A stretch of DNA of 64,000 nt. Origin: Scyliorhinus canicula (taxonomy: Eukaryota). The notes below the pieces were generated by a model, which had not been told where the DNA came from, did not search any database, and saw only the letters and a list, made by a program, of their open reading frames with translations. The first letter of the stretch is position 1. Every line of letters begins with the position of its first letter. The translations under genes and the position numbers were made by a program. The stretch is taken from contig NC_052156.1 of assembly GCF_902713615.1 (NCBI RefSeq), positions 163,366,789 to 163,430,788 of the forward strand, in the 5' to 3' direction. This document shows positions 36,017-47,925 of this stretch, in pieces.

Positions 36017-36742
36017 CCATGGAATAGTATTTGGCATCTTTGACTTCATTAGTAAATTGGTTTCTAAGCCTCTCTGCCATTATAGTGATGAAGGTATCGT
36101 CGATTCTGTGTGATTAAAAAGCTGGTCTTCACTGAGCCTCAATATTGATAACTTTTCAAATGCTCTTTGAGAAGCTTGTCACATTCACTGAGATATTCAA
36201 GGCTGGAAAAAACTTATCTCTTTGACTTGACACTGATGACTCATCACGTCCTCACAGGGGTAGGCCCAAGGAGTTCAGCAGTTTGACTGAGACAACAACA
36301 CATCTCAACACTTCCCTGAGTAAGAAAACACCTTTTCAATCTGAGCCGATAACGCTGAATCAATTCTTCCAGCTAATTTATACCTTTGAACAAACGCACA
36401 TACAGCCGCAATGTGACTTTTGGAAGTTTCATGATCAGCGATATCCTGCCCAACATTCCTCCAGTTAGAGAGCCCATCGACAGACAAATAATTGCTTCCT
36501 TTCACTAGAGTCAGGGAATCATTTTTCAGGCAATGTGTTGTCTCTGGAAATCAGCAGGTCGAAGTGATCAGACAGGTCACTGAAACTTTTGATGTCATTG
36601 AGGATGAATGTTCAGTACTGCTCAATACTTCAAACCTTTTAAAGTAAAGTGCTGAAGTGTCTTTTGCCTCGCTTCGTCCTCTTGCCTTGCCTTCAACTTT
36701 CTGCGTTTTTGACATACTTCCAGATTCATAATGTCTCTTCAT
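36017..36742 (-). pseudogene. hAT transposase relic (ZMYM1/DUF4371-like N-terminal half)
   Basis: Frameshifted peptides MKRHYESGS..., DGLSNWRNV..IADHETSKSH..RIDSALSAQIE, REVLRCVVVSVKLLNSLGLPL*GRDES and FITIMAERLRNQFTNEVKDAKYYS. Confidence 0.75.
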
Positions 36743-37839
36743 ATTGACTGGTCAGTCTTGATTTCAGTGTGAATTTTCAGAAAGAGCAGGCTTCTTTGCC
36801 CTCCTCAGCACTGGCCTGGAGGTGGGGACCCCTCTGTCGCAGCTCCCTTCGACGACATCAGCTCGCAGGAGTGCTAATGGTGACTCGCTGGCTGCCTGAC
36901 TATCTGGTCTGACCTCCTGACTCACCCTCGCTGGTCCGGTTTCCACCTCTCATTCTCAGCCCTGGCCTCTGGCTCTGGTCAATTACCCCGCTGGCCATTG
37001 CACCCTGAAAACCCCGATCCAGCCCTTGCCTGGCCCTCGCACCTACCGACTGTTCACCTCTCGCTCAGGTGGCCAGGCCTTGAGCCTCAACGGCCACATG
37101 TGCTCCTGGCTGGCTGCCTGGCTGGCTGCAGGGCCTAGCCTTATCTGGCCTGCCCTGGTCTCCGTTCTTTCTTTGGTTGGTTGCCCAGCCTCCCTCCTCA
37201 GCCCCGGCCTAGAGGGCGGGTGTCGCCCTGCTGCTTCCCTCGATGGCCATTGGCCAGCGCCTCGCTGCGAGACTTCGCAGGCTCGCACCCTGATGTGAGG
37301 TCACGTTTGCCTCAGGCTGCCGGGCCGAATGTCAGAAACCCGACTGCTGCTTCCCTCCAGGAAACCTCACACCCGAGAATCAGGAGATCCGTCTGAACTG
37401 CCCGTCGTCACCACCACCTCTCAACGCTTGGCACACTGTTTCCTCGCTCGAAAGAGGAGTCCACCAATCAACGTCCAATGCTGTCCTGTATTGTCTGCTA
37501 GCAGGTTCAAGAAACTCATATGAGCCTATCAGAAAATTCAGAGCTCTGATTGGTGCTCCCACACCACACCCACCTCAGTATGGGGCTGCCCCATTGGCCG
37601 TAGCCCCGCTCTGCAGTGTGGTATATTTCATTGTTAAATTCACCTCCGTACAAATGTATGGGAAAATAAGGAAACTGCAAAAAGAATCAAAATGTGCAAC
37701 AGGTGCAGCAGACATGAGAGTTAAAGATTTGACTGATCTCACGCTTCAGAAATTTTCCATCTTTAAAAAATTTTGTTAAACAGTGGCCTGGATTTTGCAG
37801 TGAGATTAAGCACTCATCATTATTAAGGAGTAATGTGGA

Positions 37840-38108
37840 GATGCCAACTCTGGACTGGGGTGGGTACAGTAAGAAGTCTTACAACACCAGGTTAAAGTCC
37901 AATAGGTTTGTTTCAAACACTAGCTTTCAGAGTACTGCTCCTTCCTCAGGTGAATGAAGAGGTATGTTCCATGAAGAGGTATGTTCCATTTGTCTATATA
38001 TATGTTTCTGGAACATACCTCTTCATTCACCTGAGGAAGGAGCAGTTCTCCGAAAGCTAGTGTTTGAAACAAACCTGTTGGACTTTAACCTGGTGTTGTA
38101 AGACTTCT
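37840..38108. mobile_element. Penelope-like inverted terminal repeat (near-perfect ~100-bp-arm palindrome) with two hammerhead cores
   Basis: 37872-37970 is the reverse complement of ~38010-38108 with few mismatches. Hammerhead cores at 38028-38062(+) and 37918-37952(-). Confidence 0.8.
38028..38062 (+). ncRNA. Putative minimal type I hammerhead ribozyme (Penelope type)
   Basis: CAC-CUGAGGA-A-[GGAG CAGUU CUCC]-GAAA-GC-UA-GUG: conserved core, helix II, palindromic AGCU helix III, and helix I CAC/GUG. Confidence 0.6.
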
Positions 38109-39129
38109 CACTAATTATTAAGGAGTAAATTGGTTTCTCGTTTAAATATTTTAATAAGGATGTGTGCCTCAGGTTTAATCTCTCTTCCAGCTTTAATATT
38201 GGTTTCCTGGGCCTCAGGAACTCTGGCAGCTAAAGGGAGGCAAGGGATGAAATAGGGAAGTGCCTTTTTGTCACTGCTTGTGGTCCAGGAGGAGCAGGGC
38301 TGTTTCCTGGCTACCTCCCGAAGCCTCCCTGTCCCCATCTCCCAAGCTAGCCCATTTCCCCCTCGTGCAATTGGAACCGATACATGATTAGAGCCCTATT
38401 CCCTGTGATCACCCTCCCTCCCCCACCATTGCTCCCTCATTTCTGCTCTCAATCTGTGTCCAATCCTCTGCAATCACCACTGAACAGTCAAGTCACAGTG
38501 AGCTGTACCATCAACCATTCGCAATCTCTCGTCAGGAAAATCGCCACAGTCCCAGATGACCACAGGTTTTGCTGTTTGATGGGGAGAGCTGGTGGGGGTT
38601 TAACCTGAGAGTCGCCACACCTCAGGCGAGGGGTGAGGTTGAGGAGGCGAGACCCACATGAATGACCCAGTCGGTACGGGAATTGAACCTGCGCTGATGA
38701 TCTCATTCTGCATCACAAAACAGCTGACCAGCCAACTGAGCTGAACCGCTACTCCCCCCCCCAACCACCCACCCCCGGCCAAAGCAGCATTTACCTGCTC
38801 CCAGCTGCGGCTAATTTGACAGCATTCCTCATCTGGCATGCAGCCAGTTAAAATTCCAGAGTGTTGGGGTAATTAGGTTTCCAACCAGCACAATGCCCTC
38901 CCTCCAAACCCACAGCTCTGGCCTCGTTATCCAACCCCAGTAAAGATCGCCCCCCTGTGTGTCTTGAACAGGATTCCTCAATTGCTGGACATGGCGAGTT
39001 ACTGGGCCTGTTCCCCAAAGCCCCAGGTTGACGTAGTGGAGGCCGTGCAATTCAGGATTTCTAATCCACCACAAGCTCAGGCACAAAAAACCCACAATAA
39101 AAGCCTGCGGTCAAGAGCCAGTGTAACGA

Positions 39130-39694
39130 GGGTGGCATGGTGGCGCAGTGACTTCAGGGCTCTGAGGTCCCAGGTTCGATCCCGGCTCTGGGTCACTGTC
39201 CGTGTGGAGTTTGCACATTCTCCCTGTGTCTGCGTGGGTTTCGCCCCCACAACCGGGCACCACGGTAGCATGGTGGTTAGCATCAATGCTTCACAGCTCC
39301 AGGGTCCCAGGTTCGATTCCCGGCTGGGTCACTGTCTGTGTGGAGTCTGCACGTCCTCCCCGTGTGTGCGTGGGTTTCCTCCGGGTGCTCCGGTTTCCTC
39401 CCACAGTCCAAAGATGTGCGGGTTAGGTGGATTGGCCATGCTAAATTGCCCTTAGTGTCCTAAAAAATAATGTTAATGGGGGTTGTTGGGTTACTGGTAT
39501 AGGGTGGATACGTGGGCTTGAGTAGGGTGATCATTGCTCGGCACAACATTGAGGGCCGAAGGGCCTGTTCTGTGCTGTACTGTTCTAATTCTTAAAAAAA
39601 AACCCAAAGATGTGCAGGGTGGGGGGATTGGCCACCCTAAATTGCCCCTTAATTGGAAAAAATGAAATGGGTACTCTAAATTTATTTTTTAAAA
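39130..39694 (+). mobile_element. Type B SINE containing a full-length type A SINE (39255-39590)
   Basis: The outer element is split at CCCACAACC|CAAAGATGTG and flanked by duplicated CAGTG(T/C)AACGA. Confidence 0.8.
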
Positions 39695-40487
39695 ATGTCA
39701 GTGCAACGAATGGCTGGAGCCGTTCCTTCATCACTGACCACAAAATCCGGGCCATATTCTTCCTTCAATTTGTATTTCGGCAGCCCGAGCAGGTGAGATT
39801 GGTGCTGTTAAATCTGTTGCTGTAGCCTAGCGGCAGGCGCCTGAGGTGGAATTCTCCCATTTCGAGGCGCAGTGCAGCGCCTGTCCCACCGACCAGAATG
39901 GCGGGATACCGGCCAAATTCTGTGCTTGGAATCTCGTTAATTATGCACAAGCGAGTTGACCTCCCCCCACCCCCCCACCCCGAATCTCCTTGTGGACGGG
40001 CAGCTGGTTTGTTCTCCCAGCATCAGCGGACGGGTTCAATGGTCCAAGCGGCATATTTAAATACTTGTCCAGCGCACTCGTATCACACTCTCCAGCGCAC
40101 CTGTCCTCACCAGACTGTGCAGGATGCCAGCAACCCAGAGGGAAAGGGACAGCAGACGCCAGGAGAAGTCTGCTCCTCGATTCAAACGCCTTCCCCCTGA
40201 GCCCATCATCTGCGAGGCGCCCCTGCCCCATATGGACCTAGACCCACCACATCTGGGGTCTTCATCCACCTCCTTCCAGTAAACGATGCTATGCCTTTGA
40301 CCCTCCTTGTGAGTAAGCTTTTCATGCAGCCTTGTCGGGGTCCCTCTCCCCTCTCCTACGTCTTCCTGCTGCCCTTCATTGCTCATCTTCTTCATCCACC
40401 TCCTTGGCACTCTGCCTGCCACCGTGAGCCCTCGCCACCCCCCCCTTGTGCAGGTCCCTTCCACATTTCCCCCTTTTTCTTCATAAG

Positions 40488-40835
40488 GGGAGGAGGTGGC
40501 GTAGTGGTATTGTCACCGGACCAGTAAACCAGAGACGCAGAGTAAGGCTCTCGGCACCCAGGTTCGAATCCTTCCGCTGCTGATGATGGAATTCGAATTT
40601 AATAAAAAATCTGGAATTATTAGTCTGATGGTGACCCTGAAACCATTGTCGATTGTCGTAAACCCATCTGGTTCACTAATGTACTTTCGGGAGAGGAATC
40701 TGCCATCCTTACCCGGTCTGGCCTACATGTGACTCCAGACCCACAGCAATGTGGTTGACTCTTAAATTCCCCCTCAAGGGCAATTAGGGATGGGCAATAA
40801 ATGCTGGCACAGCCAACGACGCCCACGCCCCATAA
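40488..40835 (+). mobile_element. tRNA-derived SINE family E sharing its tail with the 12060-12665 LINE
   Basis: A-box TGGCGTAGTGG, B-box GGTTCGAATCC, and tail GGGCAATTAGGGATGGGCAATAAATGCTGG. Partial copies at ~46680-46790(-), 55645-55830(+) and 57580-57880(-). Confidence 0.7.
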
Positions 40836-42968
40836 CTAATAACCCTGCCCCCCCCCCCCCCCCCCGCCCCACCCTCAGCCTTACCGTGCACTCCACCCCT
40901 GGCTGAACTTTGGCCCTTTGCTGCAGTGGCTGCATGGGCCCTGCAGCACAGCGCTGTCCAGAAGCACTGGCACCGGGAGAAGGAGACCCCTGTGTTCCCC
41001 AACCCCAGGTGCAGTACTGATCCAAGATGGCGACACGGGAGGTCCCGCCGCAGGGTGCTGTCCTTGAAGACCAGCTCGGAGACGGAGGCAGGAACCAGTC
41101 TGCCCCAGTTCAGAGTGGTGAACAGGACATCAGGAGCAGGTCAGCACTGTGGAAGAAAGCTTCTGCACTCACCCCCAAGTCTCTGGTGAACCGTTTTGCG
41201 CCCACCACCCCATTGGCGATTGGGTTTGACGCCGACGTAAATACCCGCTGGTGTGACACAAGATTGAAAGGCCTGATGGAATTCCAGCGGGCAGCTGCTT
41301 TAATGAGATGCAAATTAACACAAGTGCCATTTGCACCACCTGCTAGCGGGAGGAGTGACTCACCATTAACCCGCCATTGGGAGAATCGCAATGGGATCCT
41401 ACGTCGGTGGGTTTCTGGGGTATTTATTTGCTGTCACCTGTTTTAATACATGTTTGTAATAATATACATTAAAAAAAAAGAATAGAAGCAGATTGTCAGT
41501 TGTTCGTCATTGAGGGAAGGTCTGGGGGAGAGATGCCAGAGAGCCATTTAGATTACATCTGAACTTGGGGCAGTATCCACCCCAACTCTGAGTAACAACT
41601 CTGTAAATAGAATCCGGTAGTGCCAGACCTTTGGGGAACCAATATAAACAAGATGCCACCCCAGCTCCTCTGGAAACAGCTGGGATATCAAATATGAATG
41701 CTGCCTCTATCTGTGAGGAACATTGTTATTGCTGGCTGGAGGTCAGCCAACAGGGAAGAGTTGCATTAGGACAGTCGTCTGTCTGTCGACATCAGTGTTT
41801 GGAATGTGCCTCACCTTGTACAGAACCAGTGCATTAAAGAACCAGTTCTTCACGGATGTGTTGTGATTTTTTTCTTTTAAAAAAAGGCTTCAGAGTTTTT
41901 GGAGTTAATTCCAAGATTAGACCTCCATACAGCGTTACCCTTGCTGCGTTGGACCATTTTATATTGTGGGACGGTGAAAGAACAGCAGTGTTATAGTAAG
42001 GATCTTACGCATCTGCCCTTGCATAGCAGAAACTATTACAACTACAAACACTGAAATAGTATGTCCCAAAGCACCTCACAGTTCAAGGACGGACCTAAGT
42101 AAAAGGGAGACTTGCATTTATATCTTTTATGATCTCGGGACATCTCAAAACACTTTACAACTAATGAAGTTCTATTTAAGTGTAGTCACTATTGTAATGT
42201 AGGAAATGCAGCAGCCAAATAGCTTACAGCAGGATCCCACAAACAGCATTTTATTCTTAAACTCAAATCATGCTTTACAATAAAATAGTAGAAGCTGATT
42301 ATTTAATACAGGTGCCTTATTAATGCCAGTGCAGTCTGTCCTCACCACAGACCATGGCTGAATGGCACACAGGGTGGTACAATGTTTAGCACTGCTGCCT
42401 CACAGCACCAGGGACCCGAGTTGGGTGACTGTCTGTGCGGAGTCTGCACGTTCTCCCCGTGTCTGCACGAGTTTCCTCCGGGTGGTCCGGTTTCCCCCCA
42501 CAGTCCGAAAGGAGTGTAGGTTAGGATGATTGGCCATGCTAAATCGCCCCTTAATGCCCAAAGATTGGGCAGTTGCGGGAATAGGGTGAGGCATTGTGCT
42601 CAGAGGGTCGGTGCAGACTCGATGGGCCGAATGGCCTCCTCCTGCATTGTCGGGATCCTATGGATTCTGAGCTGCTGAGTGTTTCTAGCTTGTTGTCTCT
42701 GATTTCCAGCATCTGCTCTTTTTCACGTCACAGGCAGGAGAGAGCGAGGCAGACTTCTTTATCCTCTTACTGCCTGCCTGTAGGCAGAGATGTTTTTAAT
42801 TGTTTTAAAGCCCTCAGTTTGCATGGTCCAATTTTAAATCTTTATGATCAACTCAGAAGGTTAGTTTATTGCATTATCAAACCAGAGGGGTGGGGGGAAC
42901 ATTTGTAACTCCACACATACGCACACACAGACACACAAAGAGGGATAGAAAAGAGGAGCTTTACAACT

Positions 42969-43079
42969 ATGGATCACAATAGTAAAAGAACCACAGAAAT
43001 GAATATTAGTTTGCATGATTTTCAGAGTCCAGAAAGTCGAAGTCCAGAGAGAGTTTCCTTCATGGAGAATTCGATTCAG
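42969..43079 (+). other. Candidate coding first exon (37 codons) ending in a perfect donor
   Basis: ACTATGG start, encodes MDHNSKRTTEMNISLHDFQSPESRSPERVSFMENSIQ, then CAG|GTGAGT in phase 0. Non-repetitive context; no homology recognised. Confidence 0.3.
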
Positions 43080-43614
43080 GTGAGTCCATGTTTGGAGAGA
43101 GCACTGCAAAAGTCCTTTAAAGTGACTGATGAGGCAGCACAATGTTGTTTCTACACAGAGACTGTTTGACAGGCAATGCTCAGATGGTTTTAAAAGAAAA
43201 CAGGCTTTGATGGTTGGAGAGTGGTGGCCAGCTACTTGATCAGCTGGGGGACCTGCTGTTGATCTTTACAGGGTTCGAGGCAATCTCCAGACACCTTGTT
43301 TCCCAGTTCTCAACTGAATATAGAGATTTATATTTGTGTATTGTGACCTCCTTCCTTCACAATGATTTAAAAAGGAATGTTTATCTCGTGCCTGGGTCTG
43401 GCTTTTGTTTTATCATTTCCCAATCATTAGCTTCTGAAAGAGTCACCATCCCTGCTGAGAATCTTGTTGTGGGGAGCCATATTCCGGACATACCCTGTGA
43501 CTCCCCTACAAGGATAAGCTTATCAAGATGCAAATGACATCCATTTTCCCCTCAATGGTCCTTTTTTGAAATGGACCTCGACAGTCCCAGGAGTGAGATG
43601 ATTCTGCTAACACC

Positions 43615-46421
43615 TTACATAGATAGAACGATACAGCGCAGTACAGGCCCTTCGGCCCTCGATGTTGCACCGACATGGAAAAAATCTAAAGGCCATCTAA
43701 CCTACACTATGCCCTTATCATCCATATGCTTATCCAATAAATTTTTAAATTCCCTCAATGTTGGCGAGTTCACTACTGTTGCAGGTAGGGCATTCCACGG
43801 CCTCACCACTCTTTGCGTAAAAAACCCACCTCTGACCTCTGTCCTATATCTATTACCCCTCAATTTAAGGCTATGTCCCCTCGTGCTAGCCACCTCCATC
43901 CGCGGGAGAAGGCTCTCGCTGTCCACCCTATCTAACCCTCTGATCATTTTGTATGCCTCTATTAAGTCACCTCTTAACCTTCTTCTCTCTAACGAAAACA
44001 ACCTCAAGTCCATCAGCCTTTCCTCATAAGATTTTCCCTCCATACCAGGCAACATCCTGGTAAATCTCCTCTGCACCCGTTCCAAAGCTTCCACGTCCTT
44101 CCTATAATGAGGCGACCAGAACTGTACGCAATACTCCAAATGCGGCCGTACTAGAGTTTTGTACAACTGCAACATGACCTCATGGCTCCGGAACTCAATC
44201 CCTCTACCAATAAAGGCCAACACACCATAGGCCTTCTTCACAACCCTATCAACCTGGGTGGCAACTTTCAGGGATCTATGTACATGGACACCGAGATCCC
44301 TCTGCTCATCCACACTACCAAGAATTTTACCATTAGCCAAATATTCCGCATTTCTGTTATTCTTTCCAAAGTGAATCACCTCACACTTCTCCACATTAAA
44401 CTCCATTTGCCACCTCTCAGCCCAGCTCTGCAGCTTATCTATGTCCCTCTGTAACCTGCAACATCCTTCCGCACTGTCTACAACTCCACCGACTTTAGTG
44501 TCGTCTGCAAATTTACTCACCCATCCTTCTGCGCCCTCCTCTAGGTCATTTATAAAAATGACAAACAGCAACGGCCCCAGAACAGATCCTTGTGGTACGC
44601 CACTCGTAACTGAACTCCATTCTGAACATTTCCCATCAACTACCACTCTCTGTCTTCTTTCAACTAGCCAATTTCTGATCCACATCTCTAAATCACCCTC
44701 AATCCCCAGCCTCCGTATTTTCTGCAATAGACGACCGTGGGGAACCTTATCAAACGCTTTACTGAAATCCATATACACCACATCAACTGCTCTACCCTCG
44801 TCTACCTGTTCAGTCACCTTCTCAAAGAACTCGATAAGGTTTGTGAGGCATGACCTACCCTTCACAAAACCATGCTGACTGTCCCTAATCATATTATTCC
44901 TATCTAGATGATTATAAATCGTATCTTTTATAATCCTGTCCAAGACTTTACCCACCACAGACGTTAGGCTCACCGGCCTATAGTTACCGGGGTTATCTCT
45001 ACTCCCCTTCTTGAACAAAGGGACCACATTTGCTATCCTCCAGTCCTCTGGCACTATTCCTGTAGCCAATGATGACCTAAAAATCAAAGCCAAAGGCTCA
45101 GCAATCTCTTCCCTGGCTTCCCAGAGAATCCTAGGATAAATCCCATCAGGCCCCGGGGACTTATCTATTTTCACCTTGTCCAGAATTGCCAACACTTCTT
45201 CCCTACGCACCTCAATGCCATCTATTCTAATAGCCTGGGTCTCAGCATTCTCCTCCACAATATTATCTTTTTCTTGAGTGAATACTGACGAAAAGTATTC
45301 ATTTAGTATCTCGCTTATCTCCTCAGCCTCCACACACAACTTCCCACCACTGTCCTTGACTGGCCCTACTCTTACCCTAGTCATTCTTTTATTCCTGACA
45401 TACCTATAGAAAGCTTTTGGGTTTTCCTTGATCCTACCTGCCAAAGACTTCTCATGTCCCCTCCTTGCTCGTCTCAGCTCTCTCTTTAGATCCTTCCTCG
45501 CTTCCTTGTAAATATCAAGCGCCCCAACTGAAACTTCACGCCTCATCTTCACATAGGCCTCCTTCTTCCTCTTAACAAGAGATTCCACTTCTTTGGTAAA
45601 CCACGGTTCCCTCGCTCGACCCCTTCCTCCCTGCCTGACTGGTACGTACTTATCAAGAACATGCAATAGCTGTTCCTTGAACAAGCTCCACATATCCAGT
45701 GTGCCCAACCCTTGCAGCCTACTTCTCCAACCAACACATCCTAAGTCATGTCTAATGGCATCATAATTGCCCTTCCCCCAGCTATAACTCTTGCCCTGCG
45801 GGGCATACTTATCCCTTTCCATCACTAACGTAAAGGTCACCGAATTGTGGTCACTGTTTCCAAAGTGCTCACCTACCTCCAGATCTAACACCTGGCCTGG
45901 TTCATTACCCAAAACCAAATCCAATGTGGCCTCGCCTCTTGTTGGCCTGTCAACATATTGTGTCAGGAAACCCTCCTGCACACATTGTACAAAGAATGAC
46001 CCATCTAATGTACTCGAACTATATCTTTTCCAGTCAATATTTGGAAAGTTAAAGTCTCCCATAACAACTACCCTGTTACTTTCGCTCTTTTCCAGAATCA
46101 TCTTCGCCATCCTTTCCTCCACATCCCTAGAACTATTAGGTGGCCTATAGAAAACTCCCAACAGGGTGACCTCTCCTTTCCTGTTTCTAACCTCAGCCCA
46201 TACTACCTCAGAAGAAGAGTCCCCATCTAGCATCCTTTCCGCCACCGTAATACTGTCCTTGACTAGCAGCGCCACACCTCCCCCTCTTTTGCCCTCTTCT
46301 CTGAACTTACTAAAACACCTAAACCCCGGAACCTGCAACAACCATTCCTGTCCCTGCTCTATCCATGTCTCTGAAATGGCCACAACATCGAAGTCCCAGG
46401 TACCAACCCATGCTGCCAGTT
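43615..46421 (-). mobile_element. Young 5'-truncated CR1-clade (HER1-like) LINE
   Basis: Uninterrupted ORF2. The short 3'UTR ends GGGCCGAAGGGCCTGTACTGCGCTGTATCGTTCTATCTATG. Homology stops inside the endonuclease N-terminus at ~46421. Confidence 0.95.
43702..46383 (-). CDS. CR1 ORF2, APE endonuclease + reverse transcriptase (N-terminally truncated, no native start codon)
   Basis: 893 codons without a stop. Motifs ISETW, FYRPP, GDFNFP, SDH, GPDGIYP, YRPVSL, QHGF, DFSKAFD, GVPQGSVLGP and KFADD. Confidence 0.93.
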   Translation of the reverse strand: MAISETWIEQGQEWLLQVPGFRCFSKFREEGKRGGGVALLVKDSITVAERMLDGDSSSEVVWAEVRNRKGEVTLLGVFYRPPNSSRDVEERMAKMILEKSESNRVVVMGDFNFPNIDWKRYSSSTLDGSFFVQCVQEGFLTQYVDRPTRGEATLDLVLGNEPGQVLDLEVGEHFGNSDHNSVTFTLVMERDKYAPQGKSYSWGKGNYDAIRHDLGCVGWRSRLQGLGTLDMWSLFKEQLLHVLDKYVPVRQGGRGRAREPWFTKEVESLVKRKKEAYVKMRREVSVGALDIYKEARKDLKRELRRARRGHEKSLAGRIKENPKAFYRYVRNKRMTRVRVGPVKDSGGKLCVEAEEISEILNEYFSSVFTQEKDNIVEENAETQAIRIDGIEVRREEVLAILDKVKIDKSPGPDGIYPRILWEAREEIAEPLALIFRSSLATGIVPEDWRIANVVPLFKKGSRDNPGNYRPVSLTSVVGKVLDRIIKDTIYNHLDRNNMIRDSQHGFVKGRSCLTNLIEFFEKVTEQVDEGRAVDVVYMDFSKAFDKVPHGRLLQKIRRLGIEGDLEMWIRNWLVERRQRVVVDGKCSEWSSVTSGVPQGSVLGPLLFVIFINDLEEGAEGWVSKFADDTKVGGVVDSAEGCCRLQRDIDKLQSWAERWQMEFNVEKCEVIHFGKNNRNAEYLANGKILGSVDEQRDLGVHVHRSLKVATQVDRVVKKAYGVLAFIGRGIEFRSHEVMLQLYKTLVRPHLEYCVQFWSPHYRKDVEALERVQRRFTRMLPGMEGKSYEERLMDLRLFSLERRRLRGDLIEAYKMIRGLDRVDSESLLPRMEVASTRGHSLKLRGNRYRTEVRGGFFTQRVVRPWNALPATVVNSPTLREFKNLLDKHMDDKGIV

Positions 46422-47550
46422 CCCTGCGGGAAGAATGAGTTTTGAACTCTGCAACGTCCCTGGTTTTGTGATTAAGATGTCCCTACAACGAGTTTCCACA
46501 GGGATGAGAGGGGAACCATTTTGTTCTTGCTGGAAGCTTCCAGAACAGGTGGAGTTAAGTTTGATGTACACAGTTTTGATTTCCTTCATGTCTTACTGAC
46601 CTGTCACTAGGTTTATGAAGAATGAGTTGTTTTGTGGGAACGAACTTTAATCCTAACATCCCTTTTCTTTTCCTTACTTGGGAAGTGGGCATTGCAAGGC
46701 CAGCATTTGTTGCCCATCCCTAATTATCCCAAATGCTCAGCGGGGGCATGGAGACTAGGCCAGGTGAGGACAGCAGATTTCCTTCTTTGAGATGTTTTGA
46801 GATGTGCTTTGACATGTTTTTGAAAGACACAATGATTTGTTACTTCATTGTGAGTCTTTCTTTATCGAACAACAATGTCGCCTCACTTTATTTATGCCAT
46901 ATCTGTCTCTGCTAATGCAACCACTATCTTATTTGCTTTGCAGGGAGGCAGAGTTTGTGTGTCACCCAAAGTACTTTATAGTTGCATGATTCTAGACTGG
47001 AAAAAGGTTCCGAAATGCATTAATTAATCTGGAACTGACTGTGGGTCCTTCTCTGGTCTAAAGTGTGATGATTTCTCTTCTGAATTGTAAAGTTACGAAA
47101 CCAGAAGCAGGCGCTGTTTATTGTGGACGTTTCATAGAATCGTGGTTACAGGATAAAGGTCGGCCACGTCTGCGCCAGCTTTATATAAGACCTACTCAGC
47201 GAATCCCATTCCCCAGCCTTTTCCCCAGGGGTCCTGAAAAACCTGTTCTCTTCGGATGATTGTCCTATAGCGAAAGCTACAACTGGACTTACTCCCACTG
47301 CACCATCTGTACATTCAGGCAGAAACTCCAGTGGTTGGGTTACTCAGGCCTGGTGCTTCTCTCCCACCTGGCTGGTTTAGCACACTGGGCTAAATCGCTG
47401 GCTTTGAAAGCAGACCAAGGCAGGCCAGCAGCCCGGTTCAATTCCCGTACCAGCCTCCCCGAACTGGAGCCGGAATGTGGCGACTAGGGGCTTTCCACAG
47501 TAATTTCATTGAAGCCTACCTGTGACAATAAGTGATTTTCATTTTATTTT

Positions 47551-47925
47551 GCATTCATCATAACTATCAGCATTACAAGGATTAATGTAGTGCTGAGAGT
47601 AGCCACTAGAGGGAGCTGCAGATACAACTATATAAGGCAGTGATGCTAGACTTTAGGGGAGGATTGTATGCAAGAGATAGCTAGAGAAGGTCATCAGAGC
47701 AGTTAGTGTAAGAAGGTTAGATTATAGTTTATACCAGTAGTGGGATTAGCAGTAGACGAGATTAGTTAGATGTTATTGATCAATTCTGTATTCCAAAGGA
47801 CTACGTGTCAAAACCCAGTTTAATAATATAAATAAAATCATAGCTTTGTTTAAGTAAAAGCTATACTGTGGTCTTTGTGGACACTACGCCAACCATCCTA
47901 AATAAGCAACACAAAGAACACACCA
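47551..47925 (+). mobile_element. Solo LTR related to 14001-14366
   Basis: Shares GTAGCCACTAGAGGGAGCT, TATATAA, AATAAA and the CCAACCATCCTAAATAAGCAACACAA end. Confidence 0.6.

Noticed and set aside
36017-36742. ZMYM1 host gene exon
   Set aside because: Multiple frameshifts and stops and truncation; fits a decayed hAT transposase.
36780-41450. Possible Harbinger Myb/ORF2 remnants in GC-rich stretches (~36.8-37.6 kb, ~39.8-41.4 kb; also ~32.8-33.3 kb)
   Set aside because: Too decayed to assign by eye; needs a profile search.
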